DNA of 60,675 bases. Source: an uncultured Ruminococcus sp. Lineage in GTDB: Bacteria; Bacillota; Clostridia; Oscillospirales; CAG-272. The stretch covers positions 1 to 60,675 of the forward strand of contig CAZWLL010000007.1 in assembly GCA_964634795.1 (NCBI GenBank). The letters run 5' to 3'. Both the position numbers and the translations under genes were made by a program. Of this stretch, positions 19,547 to 29,218 are shown one piece after another. The first letter of the stretch is position 1. The number at the start of each line of letters is the position of its first letter. Under the pieces are notes generated by a model, which was not told where the DNA came from, ran no database searches, and saw only the letters and a list, made by a program, of their open reading frames with translations.

Positions 19547-20539
19547 ATGATGAAAATTATTATTGATGCAATGGGTGGTGACAATGCCCCTTTTGAAATC
19601 GTAAAAGGAGCTTGTCTGGCATCCGAAAAATATAAGTCAAAGCTTGTTCTTGTCGGAGATAAACCAAAAATAGAAGCATGTATGAAACAGCTTGACGCGG
19701 ATTTCAGAATAATCGACATAGTTCATACTGATGTACAGATTACAATGGAAGACGATCCGCTTGTTGTAGTAAGAGCCAAAAAGAATTCGTCAATGACAGT
19801 TGGACTGAATTTACTCAGAGATGACGGCGACGCTTTTGTTTCCGCAGGAAACACAGGTGCGCTTCATGTAGGCTCTTCACTGATAATCAGAACAATTAAA
19901 GGTGTTCAGCGTTCCGGAATCGCAACGATAATTCCGTTTGAAAGACCCGTTCTCCTCATGGACTCAGGCGCAAACGTCAATGTTACCGCCGATTATCTTG
20001 TTCAGTGGGCACACATGGGACGCATATATATGAAGAATGTAATGGGAATAGATTCCCCCAAAGTAGGTCTTCTTAATAACGGAACCGAGGAGCATAAGGG
20101 AACCCAGATTCAGATTGACGCATACCAAAAGCTGAAAAACGATCCGAGTATCAACTTTGTCGGAAACATTGAAGGCAAAATACTGCCGACTGCTCCCTGC
20201 GATGTGCTCGTTACGGACGGATTCACGGGTAACATAACATTAAAGCTGATTGAAGGTGTATCAAAGTTCTTCTTCGGCTGTATGAAAAATGTATTTACGG
20301 ATAACCTCGCAACTAAAATGGCGTATCTTGTAATGAAAGATCAGCTGAAGGAAATGAAGCACAGCTTTGACGCATCGGAATACGGCGGAGCGCCTCTTTT
20401 GGGATTGCAGAAGCCCGTTATCAAAGCACACGGAAGCTCTGATGCAAAAGCAATAATGAATTCGGTAAGACAGGCGGAGGCTTTTATCAAAACCGGTGTT
20501 ATCGATGAAATCAACGCATCAATGAATGTAAGTAAGTGA
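19547..20539 (+). CDS. plsX: Phosphate acyltransferase PlsX
   Basis: IIIDAMGGDNAP, VSAGNTGA, DGFTGNITLK, IKAHGSS. Confidence 0.95.
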   Translation: MMKIIIDAMGGDNAPFEIVKGACLASEKYKSKLVLVGDKPKIEACMKQLDADFRIIDIVHTDVQITMEDDPLVVVRAKKNSSMTVGLNLLRDDGDAFVSAGNTGALHVGSSLIIRTIKGVQRSGIATIIPFERPVLLMDSGANVNVTADYLVQWAHMGRIYMKNVMGIDSPKVGLLNNGTEEHKGTQIQIDAYQKLKNDPSINFVGNIEGKILPTAPCDVLVTDGFTGNITLKLIEGVSKFFFGCMKNVFTDNLATKMAYLVMKDQLKEMKHSFDASEYGGAPLLGLQKPVIKAHGSSDAKAIMNSVRQAEAFIKTGVIDEINASMNVSK

Positions 20540-20577
20540 GAAATATATTATTCAGATAAAATAAATCGGGTATAAAA

Positions 20578-21294
20578 ATGAATATACGACAAAAACCAAT
20601 AAGTGAGCTTGAAAAAAAGATAGGATATACATTTAAGAACAAAGAAATAATTACCGTTGCGCTGACGCATTCATCTTACTCAAATGAGATGAAGTCCCAC
20701 GGCGAAAAGGTTCAGTTCAATGAAAGACTTGAGTTTTTAGGTGACTCTGTTCTTTCCATAATCGTAAGCTCATATATTTTCGAAAAATATAAAAATAAAC
20801 AAGAGGGAGACCTCACAAAAATCAGAGCGGCAGTTGTGTGTGAAAAGGCTCTGTCGAAGTTTGCTTCTATGATAGAACTCGGAGATTACATGTATCTCGG
20901 ACACGGAGAGGAAATAAACAACGGCAGAAAACGCCCGTCTATAACCGCAGATGCGTTCGAAGCGCTCCTTGCCGCTATCTATATCGACAGCGGTGAAAGA
21001 TTTGATGAGGTAAGCAAATTCCTTTTACCGTTTGTTTCCGAAGAAATAGAGTTTATTACTGAGACCGGAGTTTTTGTAGACTATAAAACATCTCTGCAGC
21101 AGATTGTTCAGCAGGTAAATACGGAAAAGCTCGAATATGTTCTTGTGGGTGAAAGCGGACCGGATCACAACAAGAAGTTCAGTGTTGAAGCAAGACTGAA
21201 CAGCAATGTAATCGGACGCGGAGAAGGAAAGACTAAGAGAGAGGCTGAACAAAAAGCGGCGCATGAGGCTTTGGTATTGTTCGGTGAAGCATAA
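20578..21294 (+). CDS. rnc: Ribonuclease III
   Basis: ALTHSSY, NERLEFLGDSVL, DAFEALLAAIY, dsRBD DYKTSLQQ...GPDHNKKF. Confidence 0.96.
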   Translation: MNIRQKPISELEKKIGYTFKNKEIITVALTHSSYSNEMKSHGEKVQFNERLEFLGDSVLSIIVSSYIFEKYKNKQEGDLTKIRAAVVCEKALSKFASMIELGDYMYLGHGEEINNGRKRPSITADAFEALLAAIYIDSGERFDEVSKFLLPFVSEEIEFITETGVFVDYKTSLQQIVQQVNTEKLEYVLVGESGPDHNKKFSVEARLNSNVIGRGEGKTKREAEQKAAHEALVLFGEA

Positions 21295-21321
21295 TGCTTC
21301 TTGTATAATTAAGTATTACAT

Positions 21322-22338
21322 ATGAAGAATAACCATGTAAACATACCCGTGTTCATTCCTCATCTCGGATGCCCGAATATGTGTGTTTTTTGTAATCAGC
21401 GCGCTATTTCGGGTGTTTCTTCTTTTATTCCGGATATGGCTGAGGAAGTGATAGAAACGGTTTTGTCGTCTCTTCACGACAAAGAACAGAGTACCGAAAT
21501 TGCTTTTTTCGGCGGTTCCTTCACTGGTATTGACAGAAAGCTTATGATATCGCTCCTTGACCTTGCAGAGAGCTATGTCGATGACGGAAGAGTATCGGGC
21601 ATAAGAATGTCAACGCGTCCCGATTACATAGATGAAGAAATAATCGGCATACTTAAGAATTATACGGTAAAAGCGGTCGAGCTCGGAATACAGTCCACAT
21701 CCGACAAGGTACTCAAGGCATCAAAGCGTGGTCATACCAGCAGTCAATCGCGCAAGGCTATGGAAATGTTGTCCGATGCGGGACTGAAAACCGTCGGTCA
21801 GATGATGATAGGTCTGCCGCTGGCCGAGCCGCAGGATGAAATTAAAACAGCTGAGGACATATGCGATTTCGGTGCGGTTGGAGCGAGAATATATCCGACA
21901 ATAGTTTTTCGTGACACCGAGCTGTGCGACATGACACAGAGAGGTGAATACACTCCGCTGTCCGTTGATGATGCCGTCAAGAGAAGCGCGGATGTGCTTG
22001 AGGTTTTCGACAAGCACAATGTCGAGTGTATAAGAATAGGACTTTGCGATTCCGAAAATCTTCATTCGGATAAAACATATTATGCGGGACCGAATCATCC
22101 GGCTCTCGGAGAAATGATAATAAGCGAAGTGTTTTATAAGAACATTTGCCGTGCCGTCACGGAAGGCAGCCGAAATCGAAGTATTACGATTTACGCACCG
22201 ATAGGCTCGGTATCGGCTGTCGCAGGACATAAGAAATGTAATAAATTGCGTCTTGCATCGGAATACGGTATAAAAAACGTAAAAATTATCGAGGATGCCA
22301 CACTTATCGGGCATAATATCAGAGTAGAAGAAAACTGA
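21322..22338 (+). CDS. Radical SAM protein (Elp3/HemN-related, function unknown)
   Basis: FIPHLGCPNMCVFCNQ (CxxxCxxC), IAFFGGSFT, STRPDYI, VELGIQS. Confidence 0.88.
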   Translation: MKNNHVNIPVFIPHLGCPNMCVFCNQRAISGVSSFIPDMAEEVIETVLSSLHDKEQSTEIAFFGGSFTGIDRKLMISLLDLAESYVDDGRVSGIRMSTRPDYIDEEIIGILKNYTVKAVELGIQSTSDKVLKASKRGHTSSQSRKAMEMLSDAGLKTVGQMMIGLPLAEPQDEIKTAEDICDFGAVGARIYPTIVFRDTELCDMTQRGEYTPLSVDDAVKRSADVLEVFDKHNVECIRIGLCDSENLHSDKTYYAGPNHPALGEMIISEVFYKNICRAVTEGSRNRSITIYAPIGSVSAVAGHKKCNKLRLASEYGIKNVKIIEDATLIGHNIRVEEN

Positions 22339-22357
22339 ATAATCGGGGGAAAAACGT

Positions 22358-25300
22358 TTGTATTTAAAATCACTTGAGCTGCACGGATTTAAATCATTTC
22401 CTGAAAAAACCACTTTAAAATTCAATAAAGGAACAACGGTTATAGTCGGCCCTAACGGAAGCGGTAAATCCAATATTACCGATGCTATGCGTTGGGTGCT
22501 CGGAGAGCTTTCTTCTAAAAATATTCGCGGAAGTAAAATGGAGGACGTAATATTTGCCGGTGCCGCGGACCAGAAGCCAATGAGCTTTGCGGAGGTTTCG
22601 GTGACATTCGATGACAGCTCGGAACCGAAAACTCTCAAGTCTGAGTATGACGAGGTTACGGTTACACGCCGTTATTACAGAAGCGGAGACAGCGAATACT
22701 ATATAAATAAAAAGAAATGCCGATTAAAAGATATATACCAGCTCTTTATGAACACAGGTATAGGAAGAGAAGGTTATTCTATTATCGGACAGGGAAGAAT
22801 CGCGGAAATAATATCAAAGAAAAGCGAAGAAAGACGCGGCGTTTTCGAGGAAAGCGCGGGAATAGCAAAATATCGTTTTAAGAAAACAGAATCGGAGAAG
22901 AAGCTTGCGGAAACCGAAGCGAATATGGAGCGTATAGGGGACATAGAGCATGAACTGGCTTCCCGTGTCGGTCCGCTTGAAAAAGAATCCGAAAAAGCAA
23001 GAAAGTACCTTGAAATATACGGCGAAAAAAAGAAAACCGATATTTCACTTTGGATATATGATGCGGATAAGCTGAAGACCGCTGTGGATAAGACAGAAGC
23101 GGATACGAAGCTGTCGGCGCACGAACTCGAAATAGCGGAGGATTCGATTAACGCAACATCCGCACAAATCGAAAGACTGTATGAACAGTCACATCTCAAT
23201 AAAGAAGCATCAAGAAAAAACTATGATGAAGCTGCATGTGCGCAAAAAGAACTGTCCGATGTGACAGGCGAGATAAAGGTACTTGAGAAGGAAAAGCTTC
23301 ACAGCGAAAATTTGCTGGAAAACGAAAAAAAACTCGCCGATCTATCATGCGGCGGTGTAGAATCGGAAAAACAGCGTGTATCGGAAATAGAAAAGCGCAT
23401 AATCTCTATAAACGCAGATTACGATAAAGAAAATAAAAAATTCGGTGATTTGAGCGCAGAGCAGAATATCGATGTCGAGCAGGTCAAAAAATATACCGAT
23501 GAGCTTGACAAGCTGCTGACGGATCAGAAGACTGCGGAGAGTGAATTAACTGATCTCAGCATAAGGCTTAATGTACTTGAAAATAATATCCGAGAACAGG
23601 CTAAGAGAAGCGAAAGCGTTGATTCGGATATAAAAAAATATAAGAGCGATATCGAAGCTCTCGATAAAGAAGCGGCTGAATCGGAAAAGCAAATTGCGGT
23701 TTACAAAAAAACATCGGATGAAGCCGATGAAAAAATTAACGAACTCACAAAAAAGCTTACCGGCATGCGAGAAGAGTATAATTCGTATGACAGTGAGACA
23801 AGAAAAATACAGGCACAACGCGATTCGCTTGATTCGAGAATAAACGCTTTATCACAAATGCAGGAGCATTTCGAAGGATACAGCAACTCAATCAAGCATG
23901 TTATGAACGAAGCCAAGGCAGGACGACTCCACGGTATAAGAGGCCCCGTATCATGTTTGATAAAAGTAGAAAAAAGCTATATTGTCGCTATTGAAACGTC
24001 TCTCGGCGCGGCACTGCAGAATATAGTTACGGATGATGAGAATGCGGCAAAAGCGTGCATTGAATCCTTGAAGAGAAATAATGCGGGACGTGCTACATTC
24101 TATCCGTTGACCACGATACGCGCACAGGAAAGAAGCCGTGATTATTACGGACTTGAATCATCACGCGGTTTTGTAGGATGGGCTGACGAGCTTGTTTCAT
24201 GCGATGAAGAATATCGCGCTATAGTGAAATCTCTGCTTGCAAGAGTCGTTGTATATGATAATATAGATAACGCGACCAATGCCGCAAGATCAAGAGGATG
24301 GAAAATACGTGCCGTAACACTTGACGGACAGCAGATAAATGCGGGAGGCTCCTTTACCGGAGGTCAGGCAAAGCGTGACAGCGGTATGCTTTCACGCTCA
24401 TCTATAATCGATTCAATGCGTGATGAACAAAACGGTGTTGTGAAGAAGCTTGAAGAGCTGAAAACAAAGCTTCGAGAAATACATGATCAAAGCGCACTTG
24501 TTTCGGCGGATATAAAATCAGAGGAAGACAGACGCGGTCTTATCGGTGCGTTAATCAGTGCGGAAAGCCGTAATTTCAGTGATGCTGACGGTAAACGAAA
24601 AGCTTTAAACAGTCTTGTCGAGAACATGGAGAATGACAAAAAAAATCTCGAAAAAACCAGCAAAACCAACGATGACAGCTTAAAAGCAATTCATGAGATG
24701 ATTGATGCTCAGAAAAAAAGCGTTGCCGAAATATCCGAAAAGCGCAGTGACATTGCCGCATTGCGCGGTGAGCGTGAGCTTGAAGCAAGCACGAGAGAAG
24801 ACAAAATCAATGAAGTAAAAATTCATCTCGCAGAGCTTTTGAGGGATAAAGAAGCGGCTGACAATTCACTTTCGGAAGCACAGGAACGCCTGAGTAATCA
24901 CGAAAATGAATATGAAAGCCATAACGGTGCCGTTATAGAGCACGAAGAAAAAATCAGAAGCATTGACAGTACGATATCCGAAAAAAAAGCATCTGAAAAA
25001 CTGCTTCAGGAAAAAATAGACGTGCTTCACAGCAAACAGAAATCTCTTGAGGAAAGCGGAGACAAGATAGATACGCAGCTGACGTCACTCAGACAAACCG
25101 AAAAAGAACAGAGTGCAAAGAAGGAGCTTGTATTCATTGCGCACTCGAAAAACGAAACAAAGCTGACGTCTCTCAAGGAAAACGCACAGAAGCTCAATGC
25201 GAAAATGTGGGAGGAATATGAGCTGACATATTCCGCCGCAGTAAAATACGCGGAAGAAAACGATTGTCATGCAATCGAAGACGGCGAGAGGGCGCAATTT

Positions 25301-25969
25301 CAAAACCTTCAGAACGAATATAAGAGCAAAATCAAAGCTCTCGGACATGTTAATGTCGACTCTATCGAGGAATATACAGACGTAAAAAAGCGATATGAAT
25401 ACATAAAAGCACAGCTTACAGACCTGCGGGCGTCCAGAGAAGATTTACTTAAGATTCTCGGCGGCATTGAAGAGGATATGAAGCGTATTTTTGTCGAAGC
25501 GTTTGAGAAAATCAATAAATATTTCGGTGAAGTCTTTCGTGAACTGTTCGGAGGCGGACATGCTGAGGTAGTTTTAACAGACCCTCAAAATGCACTTGAA
25601 TCTGGAATAGAGATAAACGCGGCACCTCCCGGAAAGACAATTAAAAATCTGAATTTACTGTCGGGCGGAGAACAGGCATTTATAGCGATAGCGCTTTTAT
25701 TTGCTTTAATCAAGGTAAATCCGTCGCCGTTCTGTATTTTCGATGAAATCGAGGCGGCACTGGACGAGGTGAATGTTACAAGAGTCGGCAGATACATAAA
25801 AAAATACTCAGATGAGATGCAAATCATAATGATATCTCACCGACGCGGTACCATGGATATTGCCGACACACTGTACGGTGTAACAATGCAGCAGAGCGGT
25901 ATATCAAAGGTGTTTACACTAGGCATCGGAGAGAATCACGACAATTTGCTCACGGAAAAAAATAAATAA
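22358..25969 (+). CDS. smc: Chromosome segregation protein SMC
   Basis: TTG start; GPNGSGKSN, long coiled coils, hinge, LSGGEQ, FDEIEAALD. Confidence 0.97.
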   Translation: MYLKSLELHGFKSFPEKTTLKFNKGTTVIVGPNGSGKSNITDAMRWVLGELSSKNIRGSKMEDVIFAGAADQKPMSFAEVSVTFDDSSEPKTLKSEYDEVTVTRRYYRSGDSEYYINKKKCRLKDIYQLFMNTGIGREGYSIIGQGRIAEIISKKSEERRGVFEESAGIAKYRFKKTESEKKLAETEANMERIGDIEHELASRVGPLEKESEKARKYLEIYGEKKKTDISLWIYDADKLKTAVDKTEADTKLSAHELEIAEDSINATSAQIERLYEQSHLNKEASRKNYDEAACAQKELSDVTGEIKVLEKEKLHSENLLENEKKLADLSCGGVESEKQRVSEIEKRIISINADYDKENKKFGDLSAEQNIDVEQVKKYTDELDKLLTDQKTAESELTDLSIRLNVLENNIREQAKRSESVDSDIKKYKSDIEALDKEAAESEKQIAVYKKTSDEADEKINELTKKLTGMREEYNSYDSETRKIQAQRDSLDSRINALSQMQEHFEGYSNSIKHVMNEAKAGRLHGIRGPVSCLIKVEKSYIVAIETSLGAALQNIVTDDENAAKACIESLKRNNAGRATFYPLTTIRAQERSRDYYGLESSRGFVGWADELVSCDEEYRAIVKSLLARVVVYDNIDNATNAARSRGWKIRAVTLDGQQINAGGSFTGGQAKRDSGMLSRSSIIDSMRDEQNGVVKKLEELKTKLREIHDQSALVSADIKSEEDRRGLIGALISAESRNFSDADGKRKALNSLVENMENDKKNLEKTSKTNDDSLKAIHEMIDAQKKSVAEISEKRSDIAALRGERELEASTREDKINEVKIHLAELLRDKEAADNSLSEAQERLSNHENEYESHNGAVIEHEEKIRSIDSTISEKKASEKLLQEKIDVLHSKQKSLEESGDKIDTQLTSLRQTEKEQSAKKELVFIAHSKNETKLTSLKENAQKLNAKMWEEYELTYSAAVKYAEENDCHAIEDGERAQFQNLQNEYKSKIKALGHVNVDSIEEYTDVKKRYEYIKAQLTDLRASREDLLKILGGIEEDMKRIFVEAFEKINKYFGEVFRELFGGGHAEVVLTDPQNALESGIEINAAPPGKTIKNLNLLSGGEQAFIAIALLFALIKVNPSPFCIFDEIEAALDEVNVTRVGRYIKKYSDEMQIIMISHRRGTMDIADTLYGVTMQQSGISKVFTLGIGENHDNLLTEKNK

Positions 25970-25986
25970 GTATATGAGGATTATAT

Positions 25987-26952
25987 ATGGGATTTTTTGA
26001 CAAGCTTAAAGAGGGACTTAAAAAAACAAAGGACGCGGTATTCGGACAGGTAAACGAGGTTATTAAAAATTTCCGTAAAGTGGACGAAAGTCTTCTCGAA
26101 GAACTCGAGGAGATTATGATTTGTGCGGATATGGGAACCAATACTACCGAAAAGGTTATCGAAGAACTGCGCGACAGAATCAAAACAGAAAATATTAAAA
26201 ATGCCGATGACGTTAAAACCGCACTTTGCGATATACTTGTCAGACAAATAGGTGAAGGTGAAGGACTTAATCTTTCTACATCTCCGTCGGTTATTCTTGT
26301 TATCGGTGTAAACGGTGTCGGAAAAACAACATCAATCGGTAAAATAGCATACAACCTGAAAAATGAAGGTAAAAAAGTAATAGTCGCGGCGGCGGATACC
26401 TTCAGAGCAGCGGCAATAGATCAGCTCGCTGTTTGGTGTGACAGGGCGGGAGTTGACTTAATCAAACAGAACGAAGGAGCCGACCCGGCATCTGTCGTTT
26501 ATGATGCTATCGCTGCGGCGAACAAACAAAAGGCAGATGTATTGATAATCGATACAGCGGGAAGACTGCATAATAAGAGTAATCTTATGAATGAGCTTGC
26601 TAAAATAAACAGAATCATTACAAGAGAGCTTCCCGATGCCGCACGCGAGACACTTCTTGTGCTGGACTCGACAACAGGACAAAATGCCGTTGTACAGGCG
26701 CAGAAATTTAAGGAAACCGCTGACATTACAGGACTTATTCTCACAAAGCTCGACGGCACGGCAAAAGGCGGTGCGGTGTTCTCCATTAAAGACGAAATCG
26801 ATATACCCGTTAAATTTATCGGTGTCGGTGAGAAGATAGACGACATGCAGCCATTTGATGCGAAAATGTTCGTTGACGCACTGATGCAGGAGGATGAGAA
26901 TAAAAATGATTCATCCGAACCGGCAGAGCAGGAGGAAGAGGACGATGAGTGA
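25987..26952 (+). CDS. ftsY: SRP receptor FtsY
   Basis: GVNGVGKTTSIGK, AADTFRAAA, DTAGRLH, TKLDGTAKGG. Confidence 0.96.
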   Translation: MGFFDKLKEGLKKTKDAVFGQVNEVIKNFRKVDESLLEELEEIMICADMGTNTTEKVIEELRDRIKTENIKNADDVKTALCDILVRQIGEGEGLNLSTSPSVILVIGVNGVGKTTSIGKIAYNLKNEGKKVIVAAADTFRAAAIDQLAVWCDRAGVDLIKQNEGADPASVVYDAIAAANKQKADVLIIDTAGRLHNKSNLMNELAKINRIITRELPDAARETLLVLDSTTGQNAVVQAQKFKETADITGLILTKLDGTAKGGAVFSIKDEIDIPVKFIGVGEKIDDMQPFDAKMFVDALMQEDENKNDSSEPAEQEEEDDE

Positions 26953-27622
26953 GATTGTACTTGCGTCAAATAACAGAAAAAAGATAATCGAACTGGAAAC
27001 TTTGCTCGAAAAGTATGCGTCTAAAAACGTATCCGTAAAAACACTTCGTGAAATCGGTTATACCGATGAGATTATAGAGGACGGCGATTCTTTTGAAGAA
27101 AATTCGCTGATTAAAGCCTCTGTTCCCGCAAAGCTCGGATATATCGGAATAGCCGATGACTCTGGCTTGTGTGTGGATTATCTTGACGGAAGACCGGGTA
27201 TATATTCCGCCCGTTACTCGGGAGAGGGCGCAAACGACGAACGCAACTGCGAAAAGCTTCTCAGGGAGCTTGACGGTGTTCCGGCTGAGTGTCGCGGAGC
27301 GGAATTTGTTTGCACGGCATCACTTGTACTTCCAGAAAATTCTTCTTTTGTTATACCGAGTGAATGGAGAATATCAGAGGAGCTGTCGAAAAAGTCCGGT
27401 ATTTCACCTGAAAGAGCGATGGTTGTTCGTGGTATATGCCGCGGTGTTATTCTCACGGAGAAGCACGGATGCGACGGATTCGGCTATGACCCTCTTTTCT
27501 ACTTCCCCGAGTTTGAAAAAACATTTGCGGAAATACCGCAGGATATGAAGAATTCCGTATCTCACAGAGGACATGCAATGCGTGAATTCATTGAAAAACT
27601 GACTAAAATCGTAACCCGCTAA
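26945..27622 (+). CDS. rdgB: Non-canonical purine NTP pyrophosphatase (RdgB/HAM1)
   Basis: IVLASNNRKK, ADDSGLCVDYLDGRPGIYSARY, GFGYDPLF, KNSVSHRG; start at ATG 26945. Confidence 0.93.
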   Translation: MSEIVLASNNRKKIIELETLLEKYASKNVSVKTLREIGYTDEIIEDGDSFEENSLIKASVPAKLGYIGIADDSGLCVDYLDGRPGIYSARYSGEGANDERNCEKLLRELDGVPAECRGAEFVCTASLVLPENSSFVIPSEWRISEELSKKSGISPERAMVVRGICRGVILTEKHGCDGFGYDPLFYFPEFEKTFAEIPQDMKNSVSHRGHAMREFIEKLTKIVTR

Positions 27623-27642
27623 AAGGAGAATAATGCATTAAT

Positions 27643-27942
27643 ATGCTTAACAGTAAACAAAGAGCAAAGCTTAAATCAATAGCATCTGCCGAGAGCGCAA
27701 TATTTCAGATAGGAAAGGGCGGTGTCGGAGATGCCGCAGTAAAATCCATATCGGATGCACTTGAAGCAAGAGAGCTTGTAAAAATAAGTGTACTTGACAA
27801 TACCGATACAGATCCGCGCGAAGCCGCCGAGCAGATTGCGGATTTGACATATTCCGAGGTAGTAACCGTAATCGGAAGAAAGATTATATTGTTTAAGGAA
27901 GCTTCAAAGCCGGAGAAGAGAAAGATTTCAACCTTGCTATGA
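27643..27942 (+). CDS. yhbY: YhbY-family RNA-binding protein
   Basis: MLNSKQRAKLKS, FQIGKGG, LEARELVKISVL. Confidence 0.9.
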   Translation: MLNSKQRAKLKSIASAESAIFQIGKGGVGDAAVKSISDALEARELVKISVLDNTDTDPREAAEQIADLTYSEVVTVIGRKIILFKEASKPEKRKISTLL

Positions 27943-28541
27943 AAAAGGAAAGAATAGGGCTTTTCGGAGGCACATTCGCACCGCCGCATAAAGGACATAT
28001 TCACGCGGTGAAAGCAATGCATGAATTTTTGTCTCCCGACAAAATAATAATAATGCCGACATTTATTCCTCCCCATAAGCAGAAATTAAGTATTGACACA
28101 CCGGAGCAAAGACTTCGCATGTGCAAAGCGGCTTTCGGCAGCCTTCCGTATGCAGAGGTTTCGGACTACGAAATAACAAAAGGCGGTTTGAGCTATACCG
28201 CCGTTACGCTCGAGCATCTGAAAACAGACGAAAACGAAATATGTTTGCTGTGCGGAAGCGATATGTTTTTGTCTCTTGAAAATTGGTATCATTCGGCGGA
28301 TATTTTTGCCATGGCGGATGTTGCCGTTGTTCCGAGATTTACCGATGATATGGATAGTCTTATGAGCAAAAAAGCATATTACGAACAGAAATATACATCC
28401 GAGATATCGATTATAGGAGCAGACCCGACGGAAATGTCGTCTACTGAAATCCGTGATGCCGTAAAAAATAAGCTGAATCTTGAAAAATATCTGACAAAAG
28501 AAGTCATAGAAATAATAGAAAAAGAAAAGTTGTATTTGTGA
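27939..28541 (+). CDS. nadD: Nicotinate-nucleotide adenylyltransferase
   Basis: IGLFGGTFAPPHKGH, PPHK, SYTAVTL, MSSTEIR. Confidence 0.93.
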   Translation: MKKERIGLFGGTFAPPHKGHIHAVKAMHEFLSPDKIIIMPTFIPPHKQKLSIDTPEQRLRMCKAAFGSLPYAEVSDYEITKGGLSYTAVTLEHLKTDENEICLLCGSDMFLSLENWYHSADIFAMADVAVVPRFTDDMDSLMSKKAYYEQKYTSEISIIGADPTEMSSTEIRDAVKNKLNLEKYLTKEVIEIIEKEKLYL

Positions 28542-29194
28542 TAATGAAAGAAATAATATTCGACAATGAGAAAACGGAAAAACTTCAGGAGCTTGTGAAG
28601 CCGTACCTTACCGAAAAGAGATACGTGCATACGCTGTCTGTTATGAAGGAAGCCGTAAAACTCGGTAAATTGTTGCTTCCCGATGAACCCGAGAAGATTA
28701 ATAAGCTTGCGGCATCGGCATTGCTGCATGATATTACAAAGAAAGACGACACGAAAAGACAGTTGCAATACTGTGAGGAATTTGGTATAATTATAGACGA
28801 GAGTGAAATGTTTTCGCCTGCAGTATTTCATGCCTTTACCGGAGCAGAGGTTGCGAAAAGAGATTTTTCGGAATTTACAGACGATGAAATTTTAGCGGGA
28901 ATAAGATGGCATACAACGGGAAGAGACGGCATGACGATATTTGAAGCTATAATATTCCTTGCCGACTACATAGAAGAAACACGTACTTTCGATGATTGTA
29001 TAGCTGTCAGAAAGTATTTTTATGATAAAATATCATCCTGTTCTGATAAAATAAAGGTTTTACGGGATACGATGATATATGCCTTTGATTTAACGATTAA
29101 AGGAATAATAGATGACGGCGGAGTTATCGACAGCCATACCGTGGCGGCGAGAAATTACTTTATTATTTCCGAAAAGAATAATTCCAACCTTTAA
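28538..29194 (+). CDS. yqeK: YqeK-family HD hydrolase (Ap4A hydrolase); start may be ATG 28544
   Basis: KRYVHTLSV, LLHDITK, IRWHTTG, FLADYIE; follows nadD. Confidence 0.9.
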   Translation: MIMKEIIFDNEKTEKLQELVKPYLTEKRYVHTLSVMKEAVKLGKLLLPDEPEKINKLAASALLHDITKKDDTKRQLQYCEEFGIIIDESEMFSPAVFHAFTGAEVAKRDFSEFTDDEILAGIRWHTTGRDGMTIFEAIIFLADYIEETRTFDDCIAVRKYFYDKISSCSDKIKVLRDTMIYAFDLTIKGIIDDGGVIDSHTVAARNYFIISEKNNSNL

Positions 29195-29218
29195 ACCTAC
29201 TCGAAAGGCTGAATATAA

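Noticed and set aside
21721-22638. 305-aa minus-strand ORF
   Set aside because: It is antisense to the radical SAM and smc genes and has no recognisable motif.
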